Positions 27,011 through 37,195 of a stretch of DNA of 64,000 nucleotides are shown piece by piece; the stretch's first letter is position 1, and each line of letters begins with the position of its first letter. Source of the DNA: Bacteroidales bacterium. GTDB lineage: Bacteria; Bacteroidota; Bacteroidia; Bacteroidales; ML635J-15. A model generated the notes under the pieces. The model was not told the origin of the DNA. It ran no database searches and worked only from the letters and a program-made list of their open reading frames with translations. Made by a program: the position numbers and the translations under genes. The DNA lies in the NCBI GenBank assembly GCA_016937855.1, contig JAFGVU010000047.1, positions 6,265 to 70,264 on the forward strand, in the 5' to 3' direction.

Positions 27011-27426
27011 AAATTTTAGCACTCTCTGAAGCAAATATATTAAGTTTTCATAGTATGGCGCTTATTGCTGCTGCCGGTGAAGAGGGGATTAGTGCGCATA
27101 AGATATCTGATTTAACAAATTGCTCCAGAAATCATTTATTTAAAGTGTTGGAAAATTTAGTTAAAGCAAATCTTATTTTCTCTACAAGAGGACCACAAGG
27201 TGGATATCATTTAAATAAACCGGCTGATGAAATTTATTTAATACATGTTTTTGAAGCACTTAACGGTAAAGTTGATGAATCGGATATTTGTGTTGGAAGA
27301 AACAGAAATGAAAAATCGTTTATCTTTTTTGAACAACTTTGTCAAAAGCTCACAGAGCGTTTTTTAACCTATCTAAAAAACACAAAAATTTCCGATTTTG
27401 TTCCACGAGCAAAAGAAATTCTTTAA
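27007..27426 (+). CDS. Rrf2-family transcriptional regulator paralog lacking the clustered Cys motif
   Basis: ISDLTNCSRNHLFKVLENLVKANLIFSTRGPQGGYHL. Only two widely spaced Cys residues occur in the C-terminal part. An ATGA overlap joins it to the upstream Rrf2 gene. Confidence 0.8.
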   Translation: MKILALSEANILSFHSMALIAAAGEEGISAHKISDLTNCSRNHLFKVLENLVKANLIFSTRGPQGGYHLNKPADEIYLIHVFEALNGKVDESDICVGRNRNEKSFIFFEQLCQKLTERFLTYLKNTKISDFVPRAKEIL

Positions 27427-27498
27427 CATCTCTTTGTGTCATTTCTTAAAATGATATATCAACTCATTTATTATGAATTGATATTCCAAATAATTGGC

Positions 27499-27525
27499 TA
27501 AACCCAAAATAGTAGGGTTTATTAT
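27499..27525 (+). terminator. Weak candidate terminator between the convergent Rrf2 and valS genes
   Basis: TAAACCC-(9 nt)-GGGTTTA followed by TTAT. The U-tract is poor. Confidence 0.3.
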
Positions 27526-27550
27526 GACATAGAATTATTATACTCAACCG

Positions 27551-30178
27551 CTACCTTAAACTTTCAATCTGCTCTCGAATAATTTTAATTTTCGACTCAG
27601 CATCGGCTTGCTTTTTACGCTCTATTTCTATAACTTTTTCGGGAGCGTTACTAACAAATCTCTCATTCGACAACTTTGCCATTACAGATTTTAAGAATCC
27701 TTCGGCATATTTTAGCTCCTGCTCAAGTCTCTTAATTTCTTCATCTTTATCAATTAAATTACCCAATGGGATAAAGTACTCCTGAGATTTAACGATAAAA
27801 CCTGCAGCTAAATCGGGTTTATCTTCAACGAAATCAATAGCCTCTAAATTTCCAAGTTTTTTAATGACTGCATCGAATCTATTGTCATAGTCTCCGTGTC
27901 TAACAATTTGCAAGGATAATTTATCTTTTTGAGGCAAATTTTTCTCCTGTCGGACATTTCTAATCCCGGCAACAACCTCTGCGCAACTACTAAAACCATC
28001 TAGCAAAGATTTGTCCTCCTCTCCTTCTTCAGGCCATTTTGCAAGAACAATTGATTCTACATCCTGCTCATCCTTAACAAATTGCCATAATTCCTCAGTA
28101 ATAAAAGGCATAAATGGAGCAATCAATAAAGAAAGTTTTTTAAAGAATCCAAGGGTTTGCATATAAGTTTGCTTGTCGATTGGCTTCTGATACTCCGGTT
28201 TAATAATCTCGAGATACCACGAAGAGAAATCATCCCAAAACAGTTTATAAACTGTCATTAAAGCCTCAGACAAACGGAAAGTGTCGAACTGTTGATTTAG
28301 CTGTTGAATGGCGTCATTAATTTTTGAATCAAGCCATTTTACCGCAATAGCAGAGTGCTCTGGTTGCTCAATAGACTCATCAACTTCCCAATTTTTAACT
28401 AATCTAAAAGCATTCCAAATTTTATTTGCAAAGTTTCGTCCCTGCTCAGGCAATGAATCATCATAAAGTAAATCACCGCCGGCTGGAGCACAAAGCAGCA
28501 TACCAACACGAACGCCATCAGCTCCATAGGTATCAATCAGATCGAGTGGATCTGGTGAATTTCCTAGCGATTTCGACATCTTACGTCGTTGCTTATCACG
28601 TACAATACCATGCAAATAAACATTACTAAATGGTTTCTGTTTAGGATATTCATAGCCCGCGATAATCATTCTTGCTACCCAAAAAAACAAGATTTCAGGT
28701 GCAGTAACTAAGTCATTTGTTGGGTAGTAATATTTATAATCAGGATTTTCGGGATTCATTATGCCGTCAAAAACAGAAATTGGCCATAACCAAGAACTAA
28801 ACCAGGTATCCAAAACATCTTCATCCTGACGTAAATCACTAGCAGTCAACGAATTATTACCAGTAATAATTTTTGCTTTTTCCAAGGCTTCTTCTATTGT
28901 TTCGGCAACTACATATTCGTTTGAATCAGGTAAATAAAATGCCGGAATTCTATGTCCCCACCAAAGCTGACGGCTAATGCACCAATCACGTACATTTTCC
29001 ATCCAATGGCGATATACGTTTTTAAATTTTGCTGGAATTATATTTATTTCACCATTTTCAACTGCATCAATAGCGGGTTTTGCCAAATTTTCCATTTTCA
29101 AAAACCACTGCATTGATAGTTTTGGTTCGATAACAGAATTTGTTCTTTCGGAACGTCCAACTTTATTATTATAGTCTTCAATTTTCGCAATCAATCCGAG
29201 TTTTTCGAGTTCTTTAACTGCTGATTTTCTTGCTTGAAATCTATCTTCACCCACAAACAATGTAGCTGCGTCACTTAGAGTTCCGTTATCATTAAAGATA
29301 TCTATAGAAGGTAAATTGTGCTTAACTCCTATTTCGTAATCGTTAATATCATGAGCTGGTGTAATTTTTAAGCAACCTGTTCCAAATTCCATATCGACAT
29401 AAGAGTCGAAAATAACAGGCACAACACGATTTACCATAGGAACTATAACATTTTTACCCTTTAATTTTGTAAAACGTTCATCCTCAGGATTTACACAAAC
29501 AGCTGTATCGCCAAGAATGGTTTCGGGACGAGTTGTAGCAATTGTTACATAAGCATCTTCACCTTCAATCTTGTAGTTTACATAATAAAGTTTGCTATTT
29601 TCTTCGGTATAGATAACTTCTTCGTCTGATACCGCTGTTTTGGCTTCGGGATCCCAATTAACCATCCTCACACCACGATAAATTAGGCCTTTATCAAATA
29701 AGTCAACAAAAACACGAATAACTGAATCAGACCTGATCTCATCCATTGTAAAACATGTTCTATCCCAATCGCACGAAGCTCCAAGCTTTTTTAATTGATC
29801 GAGAATTATCCCACCATGTTTTTCTTTCCACTCCCATGCATGCCTAAGAAACTCGTCACGACTTAGAGTGTTTTTATCTATCCCCTCTGCTTTTAACTTA
29901 GCAACAACCTTAGCTTCGGTGGCAATAGATGCATGATCTGTACCAGGTACCCAAACTGCATTTTTTCCCATCATTCGTGCACGACGAACCAAAACATCCT
30001 GTATCGTATTATTAAGCATGTGTCCCATGTGTAAAACTCCGGTTACATTTGGAGGAGGAATAACATTTACATAAGGCTCACGACTATCAGGTTTGGAATG
30101 AAAATATTTATTATCTAACCAGTATTGGTACCACTTTTTTTCTATTGCTTGTGATTCGTATTTTGTAGGTATTTCCAT
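27551..30178 (-). CDS. valS: Valine--tRNA ligase
   Basis: 875 aa with the HIGH-type motif [13 protein letters not shown], a KMSKS motif and a C-terminal coiled coil. Confidence 0.97.
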   Translation of the reverse strand: MEIPTKYESQAIEKKWYQYWLDNKYFHSKPDSREPYVNVIPPPNVTGVLHMGHMLNNTIQDVLVRRARMMGKNAVWVPGTDHASIATEAKVVAKLKAEGIDKNTLSRDEFLRHAWEWKEKHGGIILDQLKKLGASCDWDRTCFTMDEIRSDSVIRVFVDLFDKGLIYRGVRMVNWDPEAKTAVSDEEVIYTEENSKLYYVNYKIEGEDAYVTIATTRPETILGDTAVCVNPEDERFTKLKGKNVIVPMVNRVVPVIFDSYVDMEFGTGCLKITPAHDINDYEIGVKHNLPSIDIFNDNGTLSDAATLFVGEDRFQARKSAVKELEKLGLIAKIEDYNNKVGRSERTNSVIEPKLSMQWFLKMENLAKPAIDAVENGEINIIPAKFKNVYRHWMENVRDWCISRQLWWGHRIPAFYLPDSNEYVVAETIEEALEKAKIITGNNSLTASDLRQDEDVLDTWFSSWLWPISVFDGIMNPENPDYKYYYPTNDLVTAPEILFFWVARMIIAGYEYPKQKPFSNVYLHGIVRDKQRRKMSKSLGNSPDPLDLIDTYGADGVRVGMLLCAPAGGDLLYDDSLPEQGRNFANKIWNAFRLVKNWEVDESIEQPEHSAIAVKWLDSKINDAIQQLNQQFDTFRLSEALMTVYKLFWDDFSSWYLEIIKPEYQKPIDKQTYMQTLGFFKKLSLLIAPFMPFITEELWQFVKDEQDVESIVLAKWPEEGEEDKSLLDGFSSCAEVVAGIRNVRQEKNLPQKDKLSLQIVRHGDYDNRFDAVIKKLGNLEAIDFVEDKPDLAAGFIVKSQEYFIPLGNLIDKDEEIKRLEQELKYAEGFLKSVMAKLSNERFVSNAPEKVIEIERKKQADAESKIKIIREQIESLR

Positions 30179-30282
30179 GTTTTAATCGTTTTTTTAGATG
30201 CAAAAAATATTTGTTTATTAGTTGTTGTTTTATAAAGAACAAATTGTTTTAATTCTTTACCGAGCTAAAATTAGATTACAAT

Positions 30283-31371
30283 CTAATCTTGATTAGCTTC
30301 TTTTAATCTTTCGGCATTTTCGGCCATTACAAGCTGATCGATTAGTTCCTGAATATCACCAAGCATCACGCTTTGCAAATTATATGCAGTATAGTTAATT
30401 CGATGATCTGTTACTCGTCCTTGTGGAAAATTATATGTTCTAATTTTAGCAGAGCGGTCGCCTGTCGAAACCATGGTTTTGCGCTTTTTTGAAATTTCGT
30501 CCATGTATTTTTGATACTCAAGATTATAGAGTCTTGTTCTCAATTCTTTCATCGCGGAATCGAGGTTTTTAAGTTTGGACTTTTCATCCTGACATATTAC
30601 CACAATACCAGAAGGGATATGTGTTAAACGAATTGCCGAGTAGGTTGTATTAACCGACTGTCCTCCGGGACCTGAAGAGCAAAACTCGTCACGTTTGATA
30701 TCAGCAGGATTTAGCTGCACATCGACTTCGTCTGCTTCTGGCAAAATTGCAACTGATGCCGCGCTAGTATGCACTCTACCTTGAGTTTCGGTTTGAGGAA
30801 CTCTTTGTACTCGATGAACTCCAGATTCGTATTTAAGCACTCCATACACACCATGACCGGTAACATTAAGCACGATTTCCTTGTATCCACCTTGTGTTCC
30901 CTCAGTAAAACGTGTAACTTCGGTTTTCCAACCTCTTGCTTCGGAATATTTTACATACATACGCATTAACTCACCTGCAAATAGACTTGCTTCATCACCA
31001 CCACTTCCTGCACGAATCTCTAAAATTGCATTTTTATCGTCCTCAGGGTCTTTCGGAATCAATAATAGTTTTATTTTTTCTTCTAATGGTTCAACCTTAG
31101 GCCAAAGTTCATCAAGTTCCATTTTTGCCATCTCACGCATATCTTCTTCTTTTTCTGTTGCAAGAATCGATTTAGCATCATCAATATTCGAGATAATCAG
31201 CTTATACTCTTCGTAAGCTTCAATAATTGGCTCTAGTTCCTTATATTCTTTATTAAGCTTAACATATTTATCCATATCTGACATTACAGATGGATCTATT
31301 AACAAATTGCCAACTTCTTTAAATCTTGCTTTAACCCCTTCGAGTTTGTCTATTATTATATTATTTGCCAT
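30283..31371 (-). CDS. prfA: Peptide chain release factor 1
   Basis: GGQ motif SGPGGQSVNTT and the RF1-type PxT tripeptide in RVQRVPQTETQGRVHTS. Confidence 0.95.
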   Translation of the reverse strand: MANNIIIDKLEGVKARFKEVGNLLIDPSVMSDMDKYVKLNKEYKELEPIIEAYEEYKLIISNIDDAKSILATEKEEDMREMAKMELDELWPKVEPLEEKIKLLLIPKDPEDDKNAILEIRAGSGGDEASLFAGELMRMYVKYSEARGWKTEVTRFTEGTQGGYKEIVLNVTGHGVYGVLKYESGVHRVQRVPQTETQGRVHTSAASVAILPEADEVDVQLNPADIKRDEFCSSGPGGQSVNTTYSAIRLTHIPSGIVVICQDEKSKLKNLDSAMKELRTRLYNLEYQKYMDEISKKRKTMVSTGDRSAKIRTYNFPQGRVTDHRINYTAYNLQSVMLGDIQELIDQLVMAENAERLKEANQD

Positions 31372-31379
31372 AACTTATA

Positions 31380-32552
31380 TTATTCGTAAATAAATTCACC
31401 TTTTTCTGACACTATTGTCAATTTTTTCTTGTTTGATGCTTCGCAATAGCCAATTATTTGTGCATCAACGCCAAAGCTTTTACTGATTTCAATAATTTTT
31501 GGAGCAATGTCTTTGGGAAGGTATAATTCCATACGATGTCCCATATTAAAAACTTTATACATTTCTTTCCAACTTGTGCCACTTTGCTCCTGAATAATTT
31601 TAAATAAAGGGGGGATCGAAAACATATTGTCTTTCACAACATGTAAATTGTCGATAAAGTTTAATATTTTTGTTTGAGCACCACCGCTGCAATGAATTAT
31701 ACCATTAATATTTTTACGATGATGTTCAAGAATTTTTTTAATAACCGGGGCATAGGTACGCGTTGGAGATAAAACAAGTTTACCGGCATCCATATTAATG
31801 TCATCAATTTTATCGGTCAAATTGTAATTTCCAGAATATACGAACTCACTATCTATTTCCTGATCAAAACTTTCCGGAAACATACCTGCTAAACTTTTAT
31901 TAAAAACATCATGGCGAGCAGAAGTTAAACCGTTGCTTCCCATACCACCATTATATGATTTTTCATAAATAGCTTGTCCAAAAGATGACAGTCCAACTAT
32001 AACATTACCAGTAGCAATATTCTCGTTTGTGATTACATCTGCCCTCTTCATGCGACAAGTAACAGTTGAATCTACGATAATAGTCCTCACCAAATCTCCG
32101 ACATCAGCAGTTTCGCCACCCGTTAGTTGTATATTTACACCAAGATTTTGCATATCGGAGCAAAACTCTTGTGTGCCATTTATAAGTGCCGAAATAACTT
32201 CGCCGGGAATCAAACGTTTATTCCGTCCAATTGTAGAGGATAATAAAATATTATCTATTGCTCCAACACAAAGTAAATCATCGATATTCATAACAATAGC
32301 ATCGATAGCAATTCCTTTCCAAACAGACAAGTCGCCGGTATATTTCCAATACATATAGGCCAATGATGATTTTGTTCCAGCTCCATCGGCATGCATTATA
32401 TTGCAATACTCATCGTCATTACCTAAAATATCGGGAATTATTTTGCAAAACGCTTTAGGATACAATCCTTTATCTATGTTCTCAATAGCCTTGTGAACAT
32501 CTTCCTTTGAGGCAGAAACACCACGTGCATTATATCTTGAAGTATCTGTCAT
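31380..32552 (-). CDS. purM: Phosphoribosylformylglycinamidine cyclo-ligase (Bacteroidota-type AIR synthase)
   Basis: RGVSASKEDVHKAI...MHADGAGTKSSLAY...TGGETADVGD. The track start at 32594 is TTG; I prefer the ATG at 32552 (MTDTSRY...). Confidence 0.85.
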   Translation of the reverse strand: MTDTSRYNARGVSASKEDVHKAIENIDKGLYPKAFCKIIPDILGNDDEYCNIMHADGAGTKSSLAYMYWKYTGDLSVWKGIAIDAIVMNIDDLLCVGAIDNILLSSTIGRNKRLIPGEVISALINGTQEFCSDMQNLGVNIQLTGGETADVGDLVRTIIVDSTVTCRMKRADVITNENIATGNVIVGLSSFGQAIYEKSYNGGMGSNGLTSARHDVFNKSLAGMFPESFDQEIDSEFVYSGNYNLTDKIDDINMDAGKLVLSPTRTYAPVIKKILEHHRKNINGIIHCSGGAQTKILNFIDNLHVVKDNMFSIPPLFKIIQEQSGTSWKEMYKVFNMGHRMELYLPKDIAPKIIEISKSFGVDAQIIGYCEASNKKKLTIVSEKGEFIYE

Positions 32553-32634
32553 TTTTTTGTGTGCAAAAATAATTAAATTAATGTTATTCCGCAATAGAAA
32601 CTTAATGCGTCTATAAGTATCCTCAACCAGAGAT

Positions 32635-32665
32635 AAAAAAAAACAGCAGACCCAAGCCTGCTGTT
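32635..32665 (-). terminator. Rho-independent terminator after the 695-aa PorE-like gene
   Basis: Perfect 8-bp stem AACAGCAG/CTGCTGTT with an 8-nt loop, followed by a run of at least 7 T on the minus strand. Confidence 0.7.
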
Positions 32666-32685
32666 AGATTGAATATTTTTATAAT

Positions 32686-34773
32686 TTAGAAGTCCCCGCT
32701 TTTTGTTTCTTTAATAACTGCTGAGTTTTGTCCCTTTTCAATTTTTTCTTCTTCAATTTTCTTCTCTTCTTCGGAGACCCCGTAATCGGTAGAAAGAACA
32801 CTAAACTCGGTTCTACGATTTATCTGATGAGCCTCTTCCCTTTTCTTATTATCTTTAAGATTAGTGATATATTTCTCATCCAGTACTGTTCCAACTGGAA
32901 AATATGGGAAGGCTTTATTTAATTCTTTATCGATTACCTTTGGCTCTGTTTCTCCCAAGCCTTTAGCTGTTAGACGATCGGCTTTAACACCTTTTTCGAT
33001 TAGATAAACAACACACGATTTTGCTCTTTCGAGAGATAATTCCATATTATAGTCATCGTTTCCTCTAAAATCGGTATGAGCGCGCAATTCGATTGTTAAA
33101 TTAGGGTTATCTTCCATTGTTTTAACCAAACCATCTAGCGCAACTGTTGACTCGGGACGCAAATCAGCTTTATCATATTCGTACTCAATATTTGGAAGAG
33201 TAATAATTTTTGGAATTTTAGCAAGATTGATAACTACGTTAATTACGGTATCGTATTCAATATTAAAAGTAGAAAAACTTGTAGAATTAGAGAAATAGTC
33301 TTTTGTCATTTCTGCTTTTATCTTATAGTTTTGATTAGGCTCCAGTTTAAATGTAAAACCACCTGTTGCCGAAGATATAAGTTCACCTGCAACTCCGGCA
33401 TCATTCATTATTGTGACTTTTGCATCTTTAACCAACAATATTTTATCGACATCTGTGGTATCTCTAACCAAACCATTAAGTGTAATTACAAGCGGAGGTA
33501 AGCTAAATGAATAAATATCGTCACTACCTTTTCCGCCTTTACGATTTGAGCTAAGATAGCCTGTTTCATTATCACCGTCGAAAATTATTCCGAAATCATC
33601 AAATGATGAATTTATTGGATATTTCATATTCTCGATACCTGTAATTGTACCTTTATCATCAGTAATGGCCTTATAGATATCTAAACCTCCCATACCTTTA
33701 TGTCCATCAGAAGCGAAATAGAGAGTTCCGTTGGATCTTACAGTAGGAAAAACTTCGTCGCCAAGTGTATTAATCTCCGGACCTAGATTTATAGGTCGTC
33801 CAAATTCGTAACCACTAGTACCTATTCTCTCCGCCATATATAAATCCATTCCTCCATATCCTGCTGGAGCTTCGGCGGAGAAATAAAGAGTTTTATCATC
33901 TTTCGATAAAGCGGGATATCCAACTTCGTAGTTGTCAAATCCCGGGAAAGATACAAGTATTGGCTCGCCCCAAGCATTACCTTTTTTGTTTACATAAAAT
34001 ATTTTACAAGGTTCGTCAACTTTTTTACCTGCCTTACATCTTGTAAAATACATATCATTACCTTTCATAGATACAGTTGATGCACCTTCGTCCTCTTCGG
34101 TGTTTAATCCACCTGCAACAGGAATGGGCTCGCTCCAATTTCCTTTTCTATCTTGTGTTACCTCAAAAATATCGGTAAACTTTTGACCTGATTTATAGTT
34201 GTCGCGCGACCCCATAGAACCTTCTCTCGAGCTTGTAAAGTATAAACTTCTAAAATCTTTTGATGCCCAAACAGGCGAAAAGTCGAGTTGTAAAGTGTTA
34301 AATTTAGACACATTTATAACTTTGTATCTGGTTGGTCTATTTATCCACTTTGGGACAAGAGTACAAGCCTCTAAACCACTTTTAGCTCTATGATCCTGAG
34401 GTGAAACTTGTAAGTATTGCTTGTAAATATCAATTGCATCTTCGTACTTACCGTTCATTTTAAGAGCATCTGCATAAAACAACAATACGTCAGGCTTAAT
34501 AACTCCTTTTACGTAGTTATCAACAGCCACGCCAAAATACATTTCGGCTTTATCACTATTGCCAAGCATTTTATAACAGTATCCAAGTTTATAATTAACT
34601 TCTGCTTTATCAGCCTGAGCTGTAATACTTCCTAAAGATTTTTCGTAATAATCTTTTGCCAGATCAAACATATAGGTGTTATAATAGCTATCACCTTTAT
34701 CTATTAGTGACCTTTGCCCTAACACTATCAGTGGAAAAATCAATACGAGCGATAAAAATACAATCCGTTTCAT
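32686..34773 (-). CDS. PorE-like protein: TPR + PD40/TolB-like beta-propeller + carboxypeptidase-regulatory-like domain + OmpA_C peptidoglycan-binding domain
   Basis: TPR-like helices lie at the N-terminus. PD40 repeats include YPALSKDDKTLYFSAEAPAGYGGMDLYMA and FPTVRSNGTLYFASDGHKGMGGLDIYKA. The CRD-like segment is LNGLVRDT...GGFTFKLEPNQNYKIKAE. The OmpA_C part is ELRAHTDFRGNDDYNMELSLERAK...NRRTEF. Confidence 0.8.
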   Translation of the reverse strand: MKRIVFLSLVLIFPLIVLGQRSLIDKGDSYYNTYMFDLAKDYYEKSLGSITAQADKAEVNYKLGYCYKMLGNSDKAEMYFGVAVDNYVKGVIKPDVLLFYADALKMNGKYEDAIDIYKQYLQVSPQDHRAKSGLEACTLVPKWINRPTRYKVINVSKFNTLQLDFSPVWASKDFRSLYFTSSREGSMGSRDNYKSGQKFTDIFEVTQDRKGNWSEPIPVAGGLNTEEDEGASTVSMKGNDMYFTRCKAGKKVDEPCKIFYVNKKGNAWGEPILVSFPGFDNYEVGYPALSKDDKTLYFSAEAPAGYGGMDLYMAERIGTSGYEFGRPINLGPEINTLGDEVFPTVRSNGTLYFASDGHKGMGGLDIYKAITDDKGTITGIENMKYPINSSFDDFGIIFDGDNETGYLSSNRKGGKGSDDIYSFSLPPLVITLNGLVRDTTDVDKILLVKDAKVTIMNDAGVAGELISSATGGFTFKLEPNQNYKIKAEMTKDYFSNSTSFSTFNIEYDTVINVVINLAKIPKIITLPNIEYEYDKADLRPESTVALDGLVKTMEDNPNLTIELRAHTDFRGNDDYNMELSLERAKSCVVYLIEKGVKADRLTAKGLGETEPKVIDKELNKAFPYFPVGTVLDEKYITNLKDNKKREEAHQINRRTEFSVLSTDYGVSEEEKKIEEEKIEKGQNSAVIKETKSGDF

Positions 34774-34816
34774 AGTATGTTATTTTTAGTTTTTTAAACT
34801 TTGTCAAATATAATAT

Positions 34817-36358
34817 TTATTTTATTAAAAAAATATCACGATTAAAATGTTTTGAATCTGTTAAATTTTTTGTTTCCACAGATGCTTTGTCAACTTTATA
34901 TCCGGATAATTTATAATAGATGATATAATTATTCTCAGGTTTCAAATCAATATTGTACTGACCATGTTCATCAGTTGATTGAGAATCCATTAAAACATAA
35001 TCCTGATTCATCACATTTATTTCAACATCAGGAAGTGGCTTATTTGTATATTTATCATAAACCGTACCCGAAATAGTGAAATTTATTTCGGGCAGAACAA
35101 AATGATATAAATCTGTTTTTCCCATGCCACCAATTCTGCGTGAAGTTAAATATCCTTCCTCTTTCATACCCATAAATACTATGCCAAAATCGTCATGTGA
35201 ACTATTTAGTGGGCTTCCCAGGTTTGATATTTTATAACTTGCGCCATCGATATGTTTTGCCAAAAATATATCCAATCCCCCCATACCAGGATGTCCATCA
35301 GAAGAAAAATATAAATCGCCATTACTTCTTATATATGGATGAACTTCGTCAGCTTCTGTATTGACATTATCACCAAGATTTTGAGGAGATCCAAAGGGCA
35401 TATTTTTCTTTAAGCGTGTTACCCTGTAGATATCTTTGCCTCCTAATCCACCTAGCAAACTATCTGCAACAAAATATAAACTTAATTCATCGTCACTAAT
35501 TGCAGGATGACCAATTGAAATACTATCGGGAATACCAGGGATTTCAACTTCTTTGATCTGACCCCAATAGCTTCCAACTTTTTTTGCAACATATATTCTA
35601 CAACCTTTATCAAAATCTTTATCATATTTACATCGAGTAAAATATAAATTACTTGACTTGTGGTTTAAACACGCCGCACCTTCTTCGTCAGATGTATTTA
35701 CAAGTCCAGGAACAATCAACGGATCAGACCATCTGCCATCCTTATTCATCTCTGAATAAAAAATATTTGAACAAAACTCGCCCGATTCAGGACTAATTGT
35801 AACATGAGTTGGAGCATAGCGCGTTGAGGTAAAGTAAACCTTTTTATTATTTCGGGCTTCAAAAAATGGACAAAAATCATATTCGCCTGAATTAAATACT
35901 CCTCTTATTTTAACTTCGTAACGGGTTGGATTCTCAAGCATTTCGAAGGTATATTTTATACTCTCTACCCCTTTATTAGCTAATTTATGATTTGGTGCGA
36001 GCTGTTTAAACTTTTCATAATATAATAAAGCAGAGTCGTACTTTTGAAGCATTTGTAAAGATTCGCCATAATAGAGATATACTATTGGATCTTCATAATT
36101 GTTTTGTACTGATTTTTGAAAATATTTTGATGCATTTTGAGGCAATGATAACTTTTTATAGCAATATCCGGTATTAAAGGCTGCTTCGGCCACGATATGC
36201 TTTTTTCGGGGACTACGTTGAATTTGTGAATCAAAATATTCAATTGCTTTGGCAAATTGTTCCTGCTCCATTGCTAGTATTCCCATTTTCATACGCTTTT
36301 GAGCATAGCCAGAAATGCTAAAAATGATTAAAAAGCCTATTGCCAAAGTTTTTGTCAT
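34817..36358 (-). CDS. PorE-like paralog lacking the OmpA_C domain (TPR + PD40 propeller + CRD-like)
   Basis: HPAISDDELSLYFVADSLLGGLGGKDIYRV, HPYIRSNGDLYFSSDGHPGMGGLDIFLA and the C-terminal ISGTVYDKYTNKPLPDVEINV...GQYNIDLKPENNYIIYYK. Confidence 0.75.
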   Translation of the reverse strand: MTKTLAIGFLIIFSISGYAQKRMKMGILAMEQEQFAKAIEYFDSQIQRSPRKKHIVAEAAFNTGYCYKKLSLPQNASKYFQKSVQNNYEDPIVYLYYGESLQMLQKYDSALLYYEKFKQLAPNHKLANKGVESIKYTFEMLENPTRYEVKIRGVFNSGEYDFCPFFEARNNKKVYFTSTRYAPTHVTISPESGEFCSNIFYSEMNKDGRWSDPLIVPGLVNTSDEEGAACLNHKSSNLYFTRCKYDKDFDKGCRIYVAKKVGSYWGQIKEVEIPGIPDSISIGHPAISDDELSLYFVADSLLGGLGGKDIYRVTRLKKNMPFGSPQNLGDNVNTEADEVHPYIRSNGDLYFSSDGHPGMGGLDIFLAKHIDGASYKISNLGSPLNSSHDDFGIVFMGMKEEGYLTSRRIGGMGKTDLYHFVLPEINFTISGTVYDKYTNKPLPDVEINVMNQDYVLMDSQSTDEHGQYNIDLKPENNYIIYYKLSGYKVDKASVETKNLTDSKHFNRDIFLIK

Positions 36359-36423
36359 ACAATTATTTTCAAAATGTAAAAAAACAAAATTTTACAAACA
36401 TTTGCAAATGCATTTACACAAAA

Positions 36424-36454
36424 CAGATGCCACCTTTAAACAAAGTGGCATCTG
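36424..36454 (-). terminator. Hairpin between the sigma-factor gene and the PorE-like genes (terminator or attenuator)
   Basis: Perfect 10-bp stem CAGATGCCAC/GTGGCATCTG. On the minus strand it is followed by TTTTGTGT. Confidence 0.5.
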
Positions 36455-36492
36455 AACCCGAATAAGTTGTATGATGTGTGCTAAAAATTGAC

Positions 36493-36993
36493 TTATACAA
36501 AATCTTGTAATCTTTCCATTAAAATCTTACGAGCAAAAAAGATTCTACTTTTTACTGTACCAATTGGCAAATTAGTTTCCTCAGCAATCTCTTTGTATTT
36601 ATAACCATCTAAAAACATTCTGAAAGGAATTCGGTACTCATCTTCCAAAGTATCAATTTCTAAACTTATATCATTTGTATTGATAACAGATTCCGCATTT
36701 TGATTTTCCGGCAAAGTATTTTTGATAATATATGAATCTTCTGATTCGTCTTTAATAGTGTTTTTATAAGACAATCTTGTTACTTGGTTTAGATATGTAT
36801 TTCTTAGTATTGTGAACAACCAAGCTTTAATATTGTTATCTGATGTATATTTATCACGATACTGTATTGCCTTTAAGTAGGTATCTTGTACTAAATCTTT
36901 TGCAGTTTCGGAATCTCTTGTAAGGCTGAGTGCAAAGTAGCTAAGGCTGTTTTCGTAACTCATTAGTCTGTTGTTAAATTCTTGTGTGCTCAT
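36493..36993 (-). CDS. ECF-type RNA polymerase sigma-70 family factor
   Basis: Region 2 is DLVQDTYLKAIQYRDKY...AWLFTILRN. Region 4 is YKEIAEETNLPIGTVKSRIFFARKIL. The track start at 37068 looks over-extended; I prefer the ATG at 36993. No adjacent anti-sigma gene is present. Confidence 0.85.
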   Translation of the reverse strand: MSTQEFNNRLMSYENSLSYFALSLTRDSETAKDLVQDTYLKAIQYRDKYTSDNNIKAWLFTILRNTYLNQVTRLSYKNTIKDESEDSYIIKNTLPENQNAESVINTNDISLEIDTLEDEYRIPFRMFLDGYKYKEIAEETNLPIGTVKSRIFFARKILMERLQDFV

Positions 36994-37042
36994 ATTTTTG
37001 TGTTTTTTAAGTTTTACTAATTTGTATTTAAGTATTGTTATG

Positions 37043-37050
37043 CAAATATA
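37043..37050 (-). promoter_or_regulatory. Candidate -7 box for the sigma-factor gene
   Basis: The minus strand reads TATATTTG (TAnnTTTG), 50 nt upstream of the ATG at 36993. Confidence 0.25.
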
Positions 37051-37129
37051 GAAGTTATTTAAACACAATCCAAATAATTTAGTGTTAAATTTTTGTTAAG
37101 TTCTCAATAAATATGGCTATTCTAAATAA

Positions 37130-37161
37130 CAAAAAAGCCTGAAATATAGCTATGTCAGGCT
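37130..37161 (-). terminator. Rho-independent terminator after ndk
   Basis: 7-bp stem AGCCTGA/TCAGGCT with a 12-nt loop, followed by TTTTTT on the minus strand. Confidence 0.65.
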
Positions 37162-37195
37162 GTAATGTGGTATAATAATACTTGTTTACAAATTA

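Noticed and set aside
30769-31216. Plus-strand ORFs antisense to prfA (66 aa and a 111-aa Ser-rich ORF).
   Set aside because: They are antisense to a highly conserved gene with low-complexity composition, which is typical of shadow ORFs. The same reasoning applies to 28426..28629 and 28977..29174 in valS, 32029..32358 in purM, 43551..45096 in pbpC, 46862..47065 in the SNF2 gene, and 57928..58116, 58436..58780 and 58929..59111 in or at the 3' end of uvrB.
30283-31371. Programmed +1 frameshift of the kind seen in release-factor genes.
   Set aside because: The frameshift is a prfB feature. This gene is RF1 (PxT motif) with a single uninterrupted ORF.
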